27,226 nucleotides of DNA from Microcoleaceae cyanobacterium (lineage in GTDB: Bacteria > Cyanobacteriota > Cyanobacteriia > Cyanobacteriales > Microcoleaceae): the NCBI GenBank assembly GCA_051652765.1, contig JBOFUV010000150.1, forward strand, positions 1 through 27,226, written 5' to 3'. The stretch's first letter is position 1. Each line of letters starts with the position of its first letter. Positions 1 through 7,720 of the stretch are shown here, one piece after another. The position numbers were made by a program, and so were the translations under genes. The notes under the pieces were generated by a model that ran no database searches, was not told the origin of the DNA, and was given only the letters and a program-made list of their open reading frames with translations.

Positions 1-2
1 GC

Positions 3-1620
3 ATTGGCTTAACAACTTCAGGTATTGGCCTAACAACTTCAGGTATTGGAATTGGTCAAAGTGCCTCAGGTATTGGGCTAACAGCTTCAGGAATTGGAAT
101 TGGTCGTTCTATTTCAGGCATTGGCTTAACAACCTCAGGCATTGGTTTAACAACTTCTGGCATCGGTTTAACAGCTTCAGGTATTGGTTTAACAACTTCT
201 GGTATTGGAATTGGTCAAAGTGTCTCAGGAATTGGACTAACTACCTCAGGTGTTGGGCTAACAACTTCTGGCATTGGAATTAGTCGTTCTATTTCAGGCA
301 TTGGAATTGGTCAGAGCATGTCTGGAATTGGTCTAACAACCTCAGGCGTTGGTTTGACAGCTTCAGGTATTGGCTTCAGTACTTCAGGTATTGGCCTAAC
401 AACCTCAGGTATTGGTTTAACAACTGCTGGAATCGGCTTAACCGCTTCCGGTGTTGGCTTAACTGCCTCAGGCATTGGGCTAACAACTTCTGGCATCGGT
501 TTAACAACTTCTGGAATTGGTTTAACAACTTCTGGTATCGGAATTAGTCGTTCTATTTCAGGCATCGGTTTAACAGCTTCCGGCATTGGGCTAACAACTT
601 CTGGCATTGGAATTGGTCAAAGTGTCTCAGGAATTGGCTTAACTACCTCAGGCATTGGACTAACAGCTTCCGGCATTGGAATTGGTCAAAGTGTTTCAGG
701 TGTTGGACTAACAACTTCTGGTATTGGAATTGCTCGTTCTATTTCAGGCATTGGTCTAACAACTTCTGGTATTGGAATTGCTCGTTCTATTTCAGGCATT
801 GGACTAACAACTTCTGGCATTGGAATTGGTCAAAGTGTTTCAGGTGTTGGACTAACTACCTCAGGCGTTGGAATTGCTCGTTCCATTTCAGGCATTGGCT
901 TAACCGCTTCCGGTGTTGGCTTAACAACTTCAGGTATTGGAATTGGTCAAAGTGTCTCAGGCATTGGACTAACTACCTCAGGTATTGGACTAACAACCTC
1001 AGGCATTGGCTTAACCGCTTCCGGTGTTGGAATTGGTCAAAGTGTCTCAGGTATTGGTCTAACAGCTTCAGGTATTGGTCTAACCACTTCTGGTATTGGA
1101 ATTGGTCGTTCCATGTCTGGAATTGGACTAACAACTTCAGGCATTGGCTTAACAACTTCTGGTGTTGGAATTGGTCAAAGTGTCTCAGGTATTGGACTAA
1201 CAACCTCAGGCATTGGGCTAACAACTTCTGGTATTGGAATTGGTCGTTCTATTTCAGGCATTGGCTTAACAACTTCAGGAATTGGAATTGGTCAAAGTGT
1301 CTCAGGTATTGGGCTAACCGCTTCTGGCATTGGAATTGGTCGTTCTATTTCAGGCATTGGACTAACAACTTCTGGTGTTGGAATTGGTCAAAGTGTTTCA
1401 GGCATTGGACTAACAACCTCAGGTATTGGAATTGGTCAAAGTGTTTCAGGCATTGGCTTAACAACTTCTGGTATTGGAATTAGTCGTTCCATATCTGGAA
1501 TTGGCTTAACTGCTTCTGGAGTTGGAGTTAGTCAGAGCATCTCCGGTGTTGGTATCAAAATGTCTGGCATGGGCTTGACAATGTCCGGCAGTGGAATGTC
1601 GGGAATTGGTTTAGCAGCTT
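3..1620 (+). repeat. Coding tandem repeat of about 70 modules: 21-bp SGIGLT[T/A] and 27-bp SGIGIGQSV / SGIGIxRS[I/M]
   Basis: Read directly from the translation. Third-position codon variation differs between copies (ggt/ggc/gga/ggg, tca/tct/tcc, tta/cta). Confidence 0.97.
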
Positions 1621-1916
1621 CCATACCTCCGTTTCGCCCTTTGAAGTTTTGGTTGATTGCCGATGCCGAACTAATTATCCATGGCGCAACTGAACCTGAT
1701 GCAGCTTTAACCATTGGAGGTCGTCCAGTCAAACTAAACCCAGACGGAACATTCCGATTTCGGATGTCTTTTCCAGACGGAGTGATTGACTATCCTATTT
1801 TGGCCGTAGCTTCAGACGGCAAACAAACTCGCTCAATCCACATGAAATTTACTCGCCAAACCCTAGGACGCAACACTAACACTCAGCAAGAAGCAGTTCT
1901 AGAGAGGCGTTACTAA
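3..1916 (+). CDS. DUF4912-type cyanobacterial protein, 5'-partial, with a massively expanded SG[IV]G repeat region
   Basis: The frame is open from base 3 (att ggc tta aca act tca ggt...) through the ORF-track start at 318 to TAA at 1914-1916. The C-terminus FWLIADAELIIHGATEPDAALTIGGRPVKLNPDGTFRFRMSFPDG...EAVLE matches the conserved C-terminal region I recall for cyanobacterial DUF4912 proteins. The true start lies upstream of the window. Confidence 0.8.
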   Translation: MGLTTSGIGLTTSGIGIGQSASGIGLTASGIGIGRSISGIGLTTSGIGLTTSGIGLTASGIGLTTSGIGIGQSVSGIGLTTSGVGLTTSGIGISRSISGIGIGQSMSGIGLTTSGVGLTASGIGFSTSGIGLTTSGIGLTTAGIGLTASGVGLTASGIGLTTSGIGLTTSGIGLTTSGIGISRSISGIGLTASGIGLTTSGIGIGQSVSGIGLTTSGIGLTASGIGIGQSVSGVGLTTSGIGIARSISGIGLTTSGIGIARSISGIGLTTSGIGIGQSVSGVGLTTSGVGIARSISGIGLTASGVGLTTSGIGIGQSVSGIGLTTSGIGLTTSGIGLTASGVGIGQSVSGIGLTASGIGLTTSGIGIGRSMSGIGLTTSGIGLTTSGVGIGQSVSGIGLTTSGIGLTTSGIGIGRSISGIGLTTSGIGIGQSVSGIGLTASGIGIGRSISGIGLTTSGVGIGQSVSGIGLTTSGIGIGQSVSGIGLTTSGIGISRSISGIGLTASGVGVSQSISGVGIKMSGMGLTMSGSGMSGIGLAASIPPFRPLKFWLIADAELIIHGATEPDAALTIGGRPVKLNPDGTFRFRMSFPDGVIDYPILAVASDGKQTRSIHMKFTRQTLGRNTNTQQEAVLERRY

Positions 1917-1960
1917 TCTAGATCCTTAGATTGAGATCGGGTAGAAACCCAGAAATTTAT

Positions 1961-1984
1961 GACCCCTCCGACGAGGGGTTTTTT
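1961..1984 (+). terminator. Rho-independent terminator
   Basis: GACCCCTC-cgac-GAGGGGTT hairpin followed by TTTT, 45 nt after the stop at 1916, between convergent genes. Confidence 0.8.
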
Positions 1985-1999
1985 GATTTGAATATTCTC

Positions 2000-2422
2000 T
2001 TAGTGATAGCGCCAATAGGGACGACCCTTCCAAAACACACCGATTAAAACACTGACTATTCCACCTCCAGACAGAGTTGCTAGAAACGCAGGAAGTGGCA
2101 AGAAAGATTTGACCAATAATACTAAAAATAAACATCCAACCAAGGCCCAGAGGCTAACCTGATTGAGTAGATGTTCTTGTTGCCAGATCTCTAATAAATA
2201 AACAGATAATGCTCCTACTCCAACAGTGGCTAGAATCGGGAGCAAAGTTACCATCAAAGGAGAAGAGAGCAAAAATCCCAAGGTGTCTTGTACGATAGTC
2301 ACTCGAGCAAAACTGATGACCAAGAGGACTTCTAAAACTACCGCAACCAAATTGGCAACGACCGAACTCTGTATTAACCATCGCCAGGGCAAATCCTTGA
2401 GCAAATCCTTGAGTTGCTGCAT
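2000..2422 (-). CDS. Conserved cyanobacterial membrane protein, about 4 TM helices
   Basis: 140 aa and hydrophobic, with LPW near the N-terminus and C-terminal GVFWKGRPYWR typical of a cyanobacterial hypothetical family. Confidence 0.8.
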   Translation of the reverse strand: MQQLKDLLKDLPWRWLIQSSVVANLVAVVLEVLLVISFARVTIVQDTLGFLLSSPLMVTLLPILATVGVGALSVYLLEIWQQEHLLNQVSLWALVGCLFLVLLVKSFLPLPAFLATLSGGGIVSVLIGVFWKGRPYWRYH

Positions 2423-2755
2423 AACGTCAGTACAGGTTAAGGGTGTTTTCTGGGTCTTTCTAGGAAAGAATGAGGGTTTTAGACAACGACAGAATCAGAG
2501 TTCTAGCTCATCCCGTCCTCGGGGTAGATTCAGTTAACATTGTATGTGATTCCTGCAACGCAATGATTCTACTTCACCACTACGACCAAATCACTCCCTT
2601 TACTGCTGATCCACCTGAATCTATCTCCACTTTTCCTAATTCTGTACCAATGCCTCAGTAAAACTCCCAGCCAATAATCAGCTCAAGAATGTATTGGATG
2701 GCGTTGCAGCCCAACTCCGATTGCCCATATTTATCTAGTTCTATCAAAGCCTGAA

Positions 2756-2787
2756 AGTCAGGACAGTTCACGGACTGCCCTGAAACT
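2756..2787 (-). terminator. Hairpin / REP-like element downstream of the 744-aa gene
   Basis: On the minus strand TCAGGGCAGT-ccgtga-ACTGTCCTGA is followed by CTTTC. A second related copy lies at 5154-5185. Confidence 0.5.
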
Positions 2788-2852
2788 TTCTGAATCAACT
2801 GGGAAACGGAATCCTAGCTCTAATTCAGGTCAGGTGAATAACCTGATATTGC

Positions 2853-5087
2853 TTAGATGGCGACAAACGGATCACTGGCTAGCAAGGCTGCAGCATCCAC
2901 ACCCCGGAGGAATGCCAGGGTTTCATCCCCTGCTGAAATCTCAGTCCGGTTACCAGACTGTTCAATGGAAAGTGCATCTGCCGTCAAGCCGTCGGTTAGA
3001 CCAATCTTGTCCAGACCCACTTCAAAATCAATGATGGTGTCTGTTCCTTCCCCAACAGCCAAGATGAACGTGTCAATATCGCCACCAAGGGAACCTGTGC
3101 CACCCCACAGGCGGTCATCTCCTAAGCCACCGCGCAGCAGGTCGTCTCCAGCATCGCCCCAGATTTCATCGTTCCCTTCATTGCCGGAGAGCATGTCGTT
3201 GCCGGACTTGCCACCGATGCGGTCATCGCCTGTGCCACCCGAAATGGTGTCATCGCCACCGGGCAGGTCAGTTTGAGCATCCCGTGAGTTTTGGTCGCCC
3301 CGCAGGATGTCATTCCCATCCTCACCAGAGATGTCATCATTCCCAAGATTGCCTGCAACGGTGTCGTCACCGCCATTGCCATTTAGAACATCGTCCTCAT
3401 CGGTACCAATGATCGTTTCAGGTTCGGCAGGCAGAAACTCATTTTGGGGGGCAACAAAAGCGAGGGCATTAGGACGTTCATCACCTAGTGGAAAGGCTTG
3501 GAGCGTCGTCAGATCAGGAAGGGTCAAGCTACCATCAACATGTGATATCAGTGCTACGCGATCGCCTTGATAAGAAACTTCTAAGCTCTTATAAGGCACT
3601 TGCCGCCCAAAAATATCACCGACTTCTTCAATGACTTCAAAGGAGTAATCGGTAAAGTCACCCGCACCAAACAAAACGTCTTTATAGGGATCGAAACCCT
3701 GAATCGTTAGATAATCTTCATCGCCATTGCCGACATACCAGACTTCGCTACCTTTTTCCGAATCGAGAAGGTTATCGTTGCCAATGACAAAGGTATCGAC
3801 ACCCAAACCACCAACAGCAAAATCGGCCTCGCCGACACCGGTGGTGGCAGTACGATAGCCTTCTTGTTCACCATCGACAAAGGTAACTTCGACCCCAGAT
3901 AGCAGCGTGGCAGGCCCAAAGCCAGTGAGAACGTCGTCTCCCGATGAACCAGAGAAAATGACTTCTCCTTCCGGATTAAATTGTCCGACTTTGACGTAGT
4001 GTTCAAAAGCTGACTTGTATTCACCATTAGCGATCGCCTCTTCTACTCCTGGATTTTCTTCAAAGTAGAAGGGCTCGTACAGGGTATTTTGTGTTCCCCA
4101 GCCACCGGGCGCATTAAAGGTTGCGACATTGCCTGTGGTATAAACATAGGTTCCACCGGGGATATAGAAGGATACGTCGATTGGTGGTGCGTCTTCAACA
4201 ATCGCAACGAGATCATTTTGGAAAGAGATTTTGAGATCTTCTCCAACTTTCTCAAACTCATAATCGTAAGGTCTTCCCGCCAACAGAAGGCGATCAGTTA
4301 AAACTTCACGACTGCTAGTAGGTGCAATTGCACCAAAAGTACTGCCTTGGTCAAGGTTCTTAATCAAAGCATAGTCGCTATCGCCGCCTCCAACATAAAA
4401 AGGTTGGGGCGTTTCATTGATGATCGCCGCGTTACCCAAAAAGAAGGTGTCTTCACCAGGGGCACCGACTAAAGTATCAATTTCTCCGACTCCTGTTGTT
4501 ACAGGTTTGACATCTCGGGTATAAACTCCTTCACTAATGGGTACGCCTACCAAACCACCTTCATATCCCGAACCATAAATGGTATTGTTACCGTCTGTTG
4601 TTGGCGCAAAAAGACTATCTTCCCGTGCTTCAAACTGTCCGAATTTGAGATAGTGTTCGTAGGCACTGGTGACTAAGCCAGCATCGATCGCCTTTTGAAC
4701 GGAATTGCCATAATCCGATTGGTCAAATTCCACATACCACGGCTCAAAGAAAGAAGGCTCAACGTACTTGCTAAAGAATTCATTTTCGAGGGAAACGAGG
4801 GAATAAGTGCCTTTTTCTGTGTATCCTGTAAAGGTTTCTAGCCCCGTTACGCCTTTAATGACTGCCAGTAATTGACCCGTCAAAGTACTAATCACCGTAT
4901 CGCCATCGATTTCTGTGAGAGCGTAGTAATCGCTGAAACTGAATTGAGGGATTACTTCAGAATCTGGATTGACAGGAAGTTGAATGGAGTCTTTGGTAAT
5001 GTCGAAATTATCGATTACTAACGGTTCGGTGACGCTGGAATCGATTACAAAAGTTTGCCCAATAAAGGGAGAGATGCTGCTATCCAT
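2853..5087 (-). CDS. Acidic secreted RTX / hemolysin-type calcium-binding protein with two ~200-aa internal modules
   Basis: C-terminal GGxGxD-type nonapeptides (GNGGDDTV, GGTGDDRI, GKSGNDML, GDAGDDLL, GGLGDDRL) and a GTDTIIDFEVGLDKIGL tail typical of type I secretion substrates. No N-terminal signal peptide. Confidence 0.85.
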   Translation of the reverse strand: MDSSISPFIGQTFVIDSSVTEPLVIDNFDITKDSIQLPVNPDSEVIPQFSFSDYYALTEIDGDTVISTLTGQLLAVIKGVTGLETFTGYTEKGTYSLVSLENEFFSKYVEPSFFEPWYVEFDQSDYGNSVQKAIDAGLVTSAYEHYLKFGQFEAREDSLFAPTTDGNNTIYGSGYEGGLVGVPISEGVYTRDVKPVTTGVGEIDTLVGAPGEDTFFLGNAAIINETPQPFYVGGGDSDYALIKNLDQGSTFGAIAPTSSREVLTDRLLLAGRPYDYEFEKVGEDLKISFQNDLVAIVEDAPPIDVSFYIPGGTYVYTTGNVATFNAPGGWGTQNTLYEPFYFEENPGVEEAIANGEYKSAFEHYVKVGQFNPEGEVIFSGSSGDDVLTGFGPATLLSGVEVTFVDGEQEGYRTATTGVGEADFAVGGLGVDTFVIGNDNLLDSEKGSEVWYVGNGDEDYLTIQGFDPYKDVLFGAGDFTDYSFEVIEEVGDIFGRQVPYKSLEVSYQGDRVALISHVDGSLTLPDLTTLQAFPLGDERPNALAFVAPQNEFLPAEPETIIGTDEDDVLNGNGGDDTVAGNLGNDDISGEDGNDILRGDQNSRDAQTDLPGGDDTISGGTGDDRIGGKSGNDMLSGNEGNDEIWGDAGDDLLRGGLGDDRLWGGTGSLGGDIDTFILAVGEGTDTIIDFEVGLDKIGLTDGLTADALSIEQSGNRTEISAGDETLAFLRGVDAAALLASDPFVAI

Positions 5088-5153
5088 GGTTGTTTTCTCA
5101 AGATTTCTTCAAGATGTTGATCGAAAAGTGAGCCACTCAAAAGGATTTCGGTG

Positions 5154-5185
5154 AGTCAGGGCAGTTCACAAATTGTCCCCAAACT
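5154..5185. repeat. Second copy of the 32-bp palindromic element
   Basis: agtcagggcagttcacaaattgtccccaaact versus agtcaggacagttcacggactgccctgaaact at 2756: 25/32 identical. Confidence 0.6.
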
Positions 5186-5308
5186 CTGATTGTTAAACGC
5201 AAACAGTTGTGACGCTAAACAAGATTAAAGTTAGGTCAAATACTCTTCTGATTGCTCTTTTGCTACGTGAGCCTTTAGATTCACCCTGACACATAACATT
5301 CAATCACA

Positions 5309-5327
5309 ATTGAGAATTAATATCAAT
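5309..5327. promoter_or_regulatory. Fur-box-like palindrome upstream of the 744-aa gene
   Basis: ATTGAGAAT-T-AATATCAAT is a 9-1-9 inverted repeat (7/9 arm match) resembling the Fur 7-1-7 core TGATAAT-N-ATTATCA. Confidence 0.6.
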
Positions 5328-5377
5328 AAGTTTTGTGAAAAAATAGTATGGGTTTTTGACTGTGCACAAATTAAGGC

Positions 5378-5420
5378 AACATCATGTCACCTTCCTACTC
5401 TAGCAAGGTGACATGATGTT
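5378..5420. terminator. Perfect 16-bp inverted repeat, probable terminator or 3' stabiliser of the 414-aa gene
   Basis: AACATCATGTCACCTT-(11 nt)-AAGGTGACATGATGTT. Confidence 0.7.
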
Positions 5421-5557
5421 TTCAAATTGCTTTCAGGTCAGGGATTGTGCCCTTTATGACCCCGACCTGCTTTCGATTCTGTAGCCCATTGGTTGTTTCC
5501 TTGTGGACAATATCTAGAAACAATGTGCAGTTGGACTGCAAGCCAAGTTTGAGTTGT

Positions 5558-6802
5558 TTAGACGAATCCCGCAGCCGACATGGAAGCCCCATTGAAGGTG
5601 GTTGAGCGTACATTTGAGATGCCACTAACGCCTTCAATAATTGCAATCAGGTCTCCCCCTTGAGAGATTTCCAGGTTGCCACTATTCGGAACAAAGCTGT
5701 AATCATCTCTATCTCCCGCAAGCAGAACGCGATCACTTTTTTGATAGTTCTGAATCAGGGCATAGTCAGCAGAACCATTCCCCAAGTAAAAAGCTGTTGG
5801 AGCCGAGGTTGCAGAACCAAACCCTAGGAGAAACTGGTCTGAACCATCCAGGGAGCCCACTAGTACATCCTTTTGTCCAGTACCTGTGCCAGCCTCAATA
5901 ATGTCCTCGGAAACACTCAGTTCCACACCGGAAATTAACGTTTTTTTACCATGGGTAATTAAAGTGTCATTTCCATTCGCGGGTGTTGAGCTGTTCAGAG
6001 TGGGAGAACCAGCGGCTGCCCCTGAAAATACGCCCTGATGACGGCTGCCTGAGTTTTTGACATAGTGTTCTAGGCCACCTGAAACGCCATTCAGTAGGTC
6101 ATAGACCTCATCATTAAATCCCCGTTCTGGAACTCGCCCACTGAGACGAAAGGTGTTGTCATTCAGAAAGTTTCTGGGTTGTACATTGTCAATTTCTTGA
6201 ACAATACCCACTAGATCTTTTTCAGCTTTAGTGTAGATTTTAAGACTATACCCATCAGGAGAACTGGAATCCTTTTGGTACTTATAGATATAGTCCTGAG
6301 GAGCACCTGACAGTGAAACATAGTCATACTCAATATTAAAGTTGACAACCCGAGCAAAATCTTTGTTGCCCTGTCCAACGTACAATCGATCGCTCTCGCC
6401 GAAGAGCATTCCAGTTGTTGCCCCTGTGCGACTGTACTCTCCATTCGGGACACTGAGGAAGAAACCGTTCTCTTTAAGAGGGGAATTTTCACCCACCAGA
6501 ATATCCCGTTCGCCGACACCAAAACTAGCAGGAGTAAAGACTGCAGGGCCATTAGGCCCAGAACCTGGAGTAAAAGTTGCTGTGATAGCAACGCCATAGA
6601 AATCTGTATCGTCTCCAAACCCAGTCACAATTTCGTTACCAGAACCACCTGTAAAAAATCCCTCTTTCTTATTGGGGCCAAAGAATTGCCCAACGGCTTG
6701 AAAGTGAGCTTCTCCAGTCGCATAAGTGCTGGGGATCAAAGCGTCAAGATCATTGTAGAAAGCACGATACATACTTTCATTGAAAGTGGATACTTCAGTC
6801 AT
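5558..6802 (-). CDS. Probable secreted protein, paralog of the neighbouring RTX protein, two ~200-aa modules and no canonical RTX tail
   Basis: Shares the motifs F(N)E..Y, H[FY]..vGQF, GxGxGExDxLVG, YxGxGxxD[FY]AxIxN[FY] and DL[IV]AI[IV]E with the 744-aa protein. Confidence 0.8.
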   Translation of the reverse strand: MTEVSTFNESMYRAFYNDLDALIPSTYATGEAHFQAVGQFFGPNKKEGFFTGGSGNEIVTGFGDDTDFYGVAITATFTPGSGPNGPAVFTPASFGVGERDILVGENSPLKENGFFLSVPNGEYSRTGATTGMLFGESDRLYVGQGNKDFARVVNFNIEYDYVSLSGAPQDYIYKYQKDSSSPDGYSLKIYTKAEKDLVGIVQEIDNVQPRNFLNDNTFRLSGRVPERGFNDEVYDLLNGVSGGLEHYVKNSGSRHQGVFSGAAAGSPTLNSSTPANGNDTLITHGKKTLISGVELSVSEDIIEAGTGTGQKDVLVGSLDGSDQFLLGFGSATSAPTAFYLGNGSADYALIQNYQKSDRVLLAGDRDDYSFVPNSGNLEISQGGDLIAIIEGVSGISNVRSTTFNGASMSAAGFV

Positions 6803-6990
6803 GAATTACTTTAGCCTCTATATTGTGGAATACCGTGGAATCAGGAAATCACTTAGAGTCGGCTGAGAAAACTCTCTTTTTGGCATTAAGCCGACACCCT
6901 GAGCCTTCACGAGATAACGTATGAGCCTTAAAAACGTTTCACTGAAATACGATGCCTCTAAATATTCCCTGTTTAGTAGAATATTCTAGA

Positions 6991-7014
6991 TAAGAATTAA
7001 TATCAACAAGTTCT
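6991..7014. promoter_or_regulatory. Second Fur-box-like element upstream of the 414-aa gene
   Basis: taagaattaatatcaacaagttct versus tgagaattaatatcaataagtttt at 5311-5334: 21/24 identical, at a similar distance (about 190 versus 225 nt) from the start codon. Confidence 0.55.
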
Positions 7015-7283
7015 AAAAAATGATGCGAATTTTTATAGTCAGGGCAGAGAGAACTTATTATTTTAATGACTAAAAAATCATTAAAATATTCTGTGCGGGA
7101 TTTCCTGGTGTGGAATTGTCTGCTTCTACTAATTTAGGCGGCGGTGTGGTGTTTAAGTTTTCCTCGGCCACTACAGACTGAGGCTGAACCTAGGCGATCG
7201 CATCTGTTGGAGTCACTTGAATTTTATATGTAAGTTCTGTAAGAGATACTAAAATTTAAGAGGGGATTTGGAGTAATCCAGTC

Positions 7284-7313
7284 GTTAAATTATCATTAGT
7301 TAAATTATCATTA
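7284..7313 (+). repeat. Perfect 15-bp tandem duplication GTTAAATTATCATTA x2
   Basis: Direct reading. Each unit contains ATTATCATTA, the reverse complement of TAATGATAAT. Confidence 0.9.
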
Positions 7314-7410
7314 AGTTGCGGCATTGCTTGATGGCAGTATGATGGCCCTCTAGCCCTTTATCTGCGTCAGCATTCTGGCAAGAGTATTCTGTTCTAACAG
7401 ATTGGTCTCT

Positions 7411-7452
7411 CCTGATCACACAAACCTGATTACACAAACCTGATTACACAAA
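7411..7452 (+). repeat. 14-bp tandem repeat CCTGAT[C/T]ACACAAA x3
   Basis: Direct reading. It ends 42 nt before the ATG at 7495. Confidence 0.92.
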
Positions 7453-7494
7453 TATCTTGTAACATCAAAACCTGTTGAGCCTAAGAGAGGATTT

Positions 7495-7713
7495 ATGAAC
7501 ACTACGATAGACCGTGCCGAGATAGACTGTGCTGAAGCTTGTGTGAATGGTTGCATTCTGGAGGATAAATGCCCCAACAAAGAGTACGCAGAAGCTACAG
7601 CTAACTTCATCAGCAGTACTTCACTAGATAACATGCTAAATATGGCAGAAGAGGCAATTCGCAAAAAACGCATGGAGCCTCCCAAGTGGATCATTCCTGA
7701 CTTCCCAGAATAA
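7495..7713 (+). CDS. Small conserved cyanobacterial Cys-rich protein (CX3CX3CX5CP)
   Basis: 72 aa: DCAEACVNGCILEDKCPN...SLDNMLNMAEEAIRKK...PPKW. RBS-like AGAGAGGA precedes the ATG. Confidence 0.8.
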   Translation: MNTTIDRAEIDCAEACVNGCILEDKCPNKEYAEATANFISSTSLDNMLNMAEEAIRKKRMEPPKWIIPDFPE

Positions 7714-7720
7714 CCATTGT

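Noticed and set aside
311..1224. Antisense ORFs (Pro-rich PIPEVVK repeat; Gln/Leu-rich ORF)
   Set aside because: These are shadows of the plus-strand repeat. Synonymous variation fits the SGIG frame, which continues into a conserved domain.
3..1620. Repeat region as a CRISPR array or RiPP multi-core precursor
   Set aside because: There are no unique spacers, and the unit lengths of 21/27 keep frame. No cas genes or RiPP-modifying enzymes are in the window, and the array is embedded in a conserved protein.
2000..2422. Release-factor-like label sometimes attached to this family
   Set aside because: It is a small hydrophobic protein with no GGQ motif and cannot be a peptide chain release factor.
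7130..7205. GC-richer intergenic patch as a possible tRNA or ncRNA
   Set aside because: No cloverleaf, T-loop GTTC or CCA end could be built.
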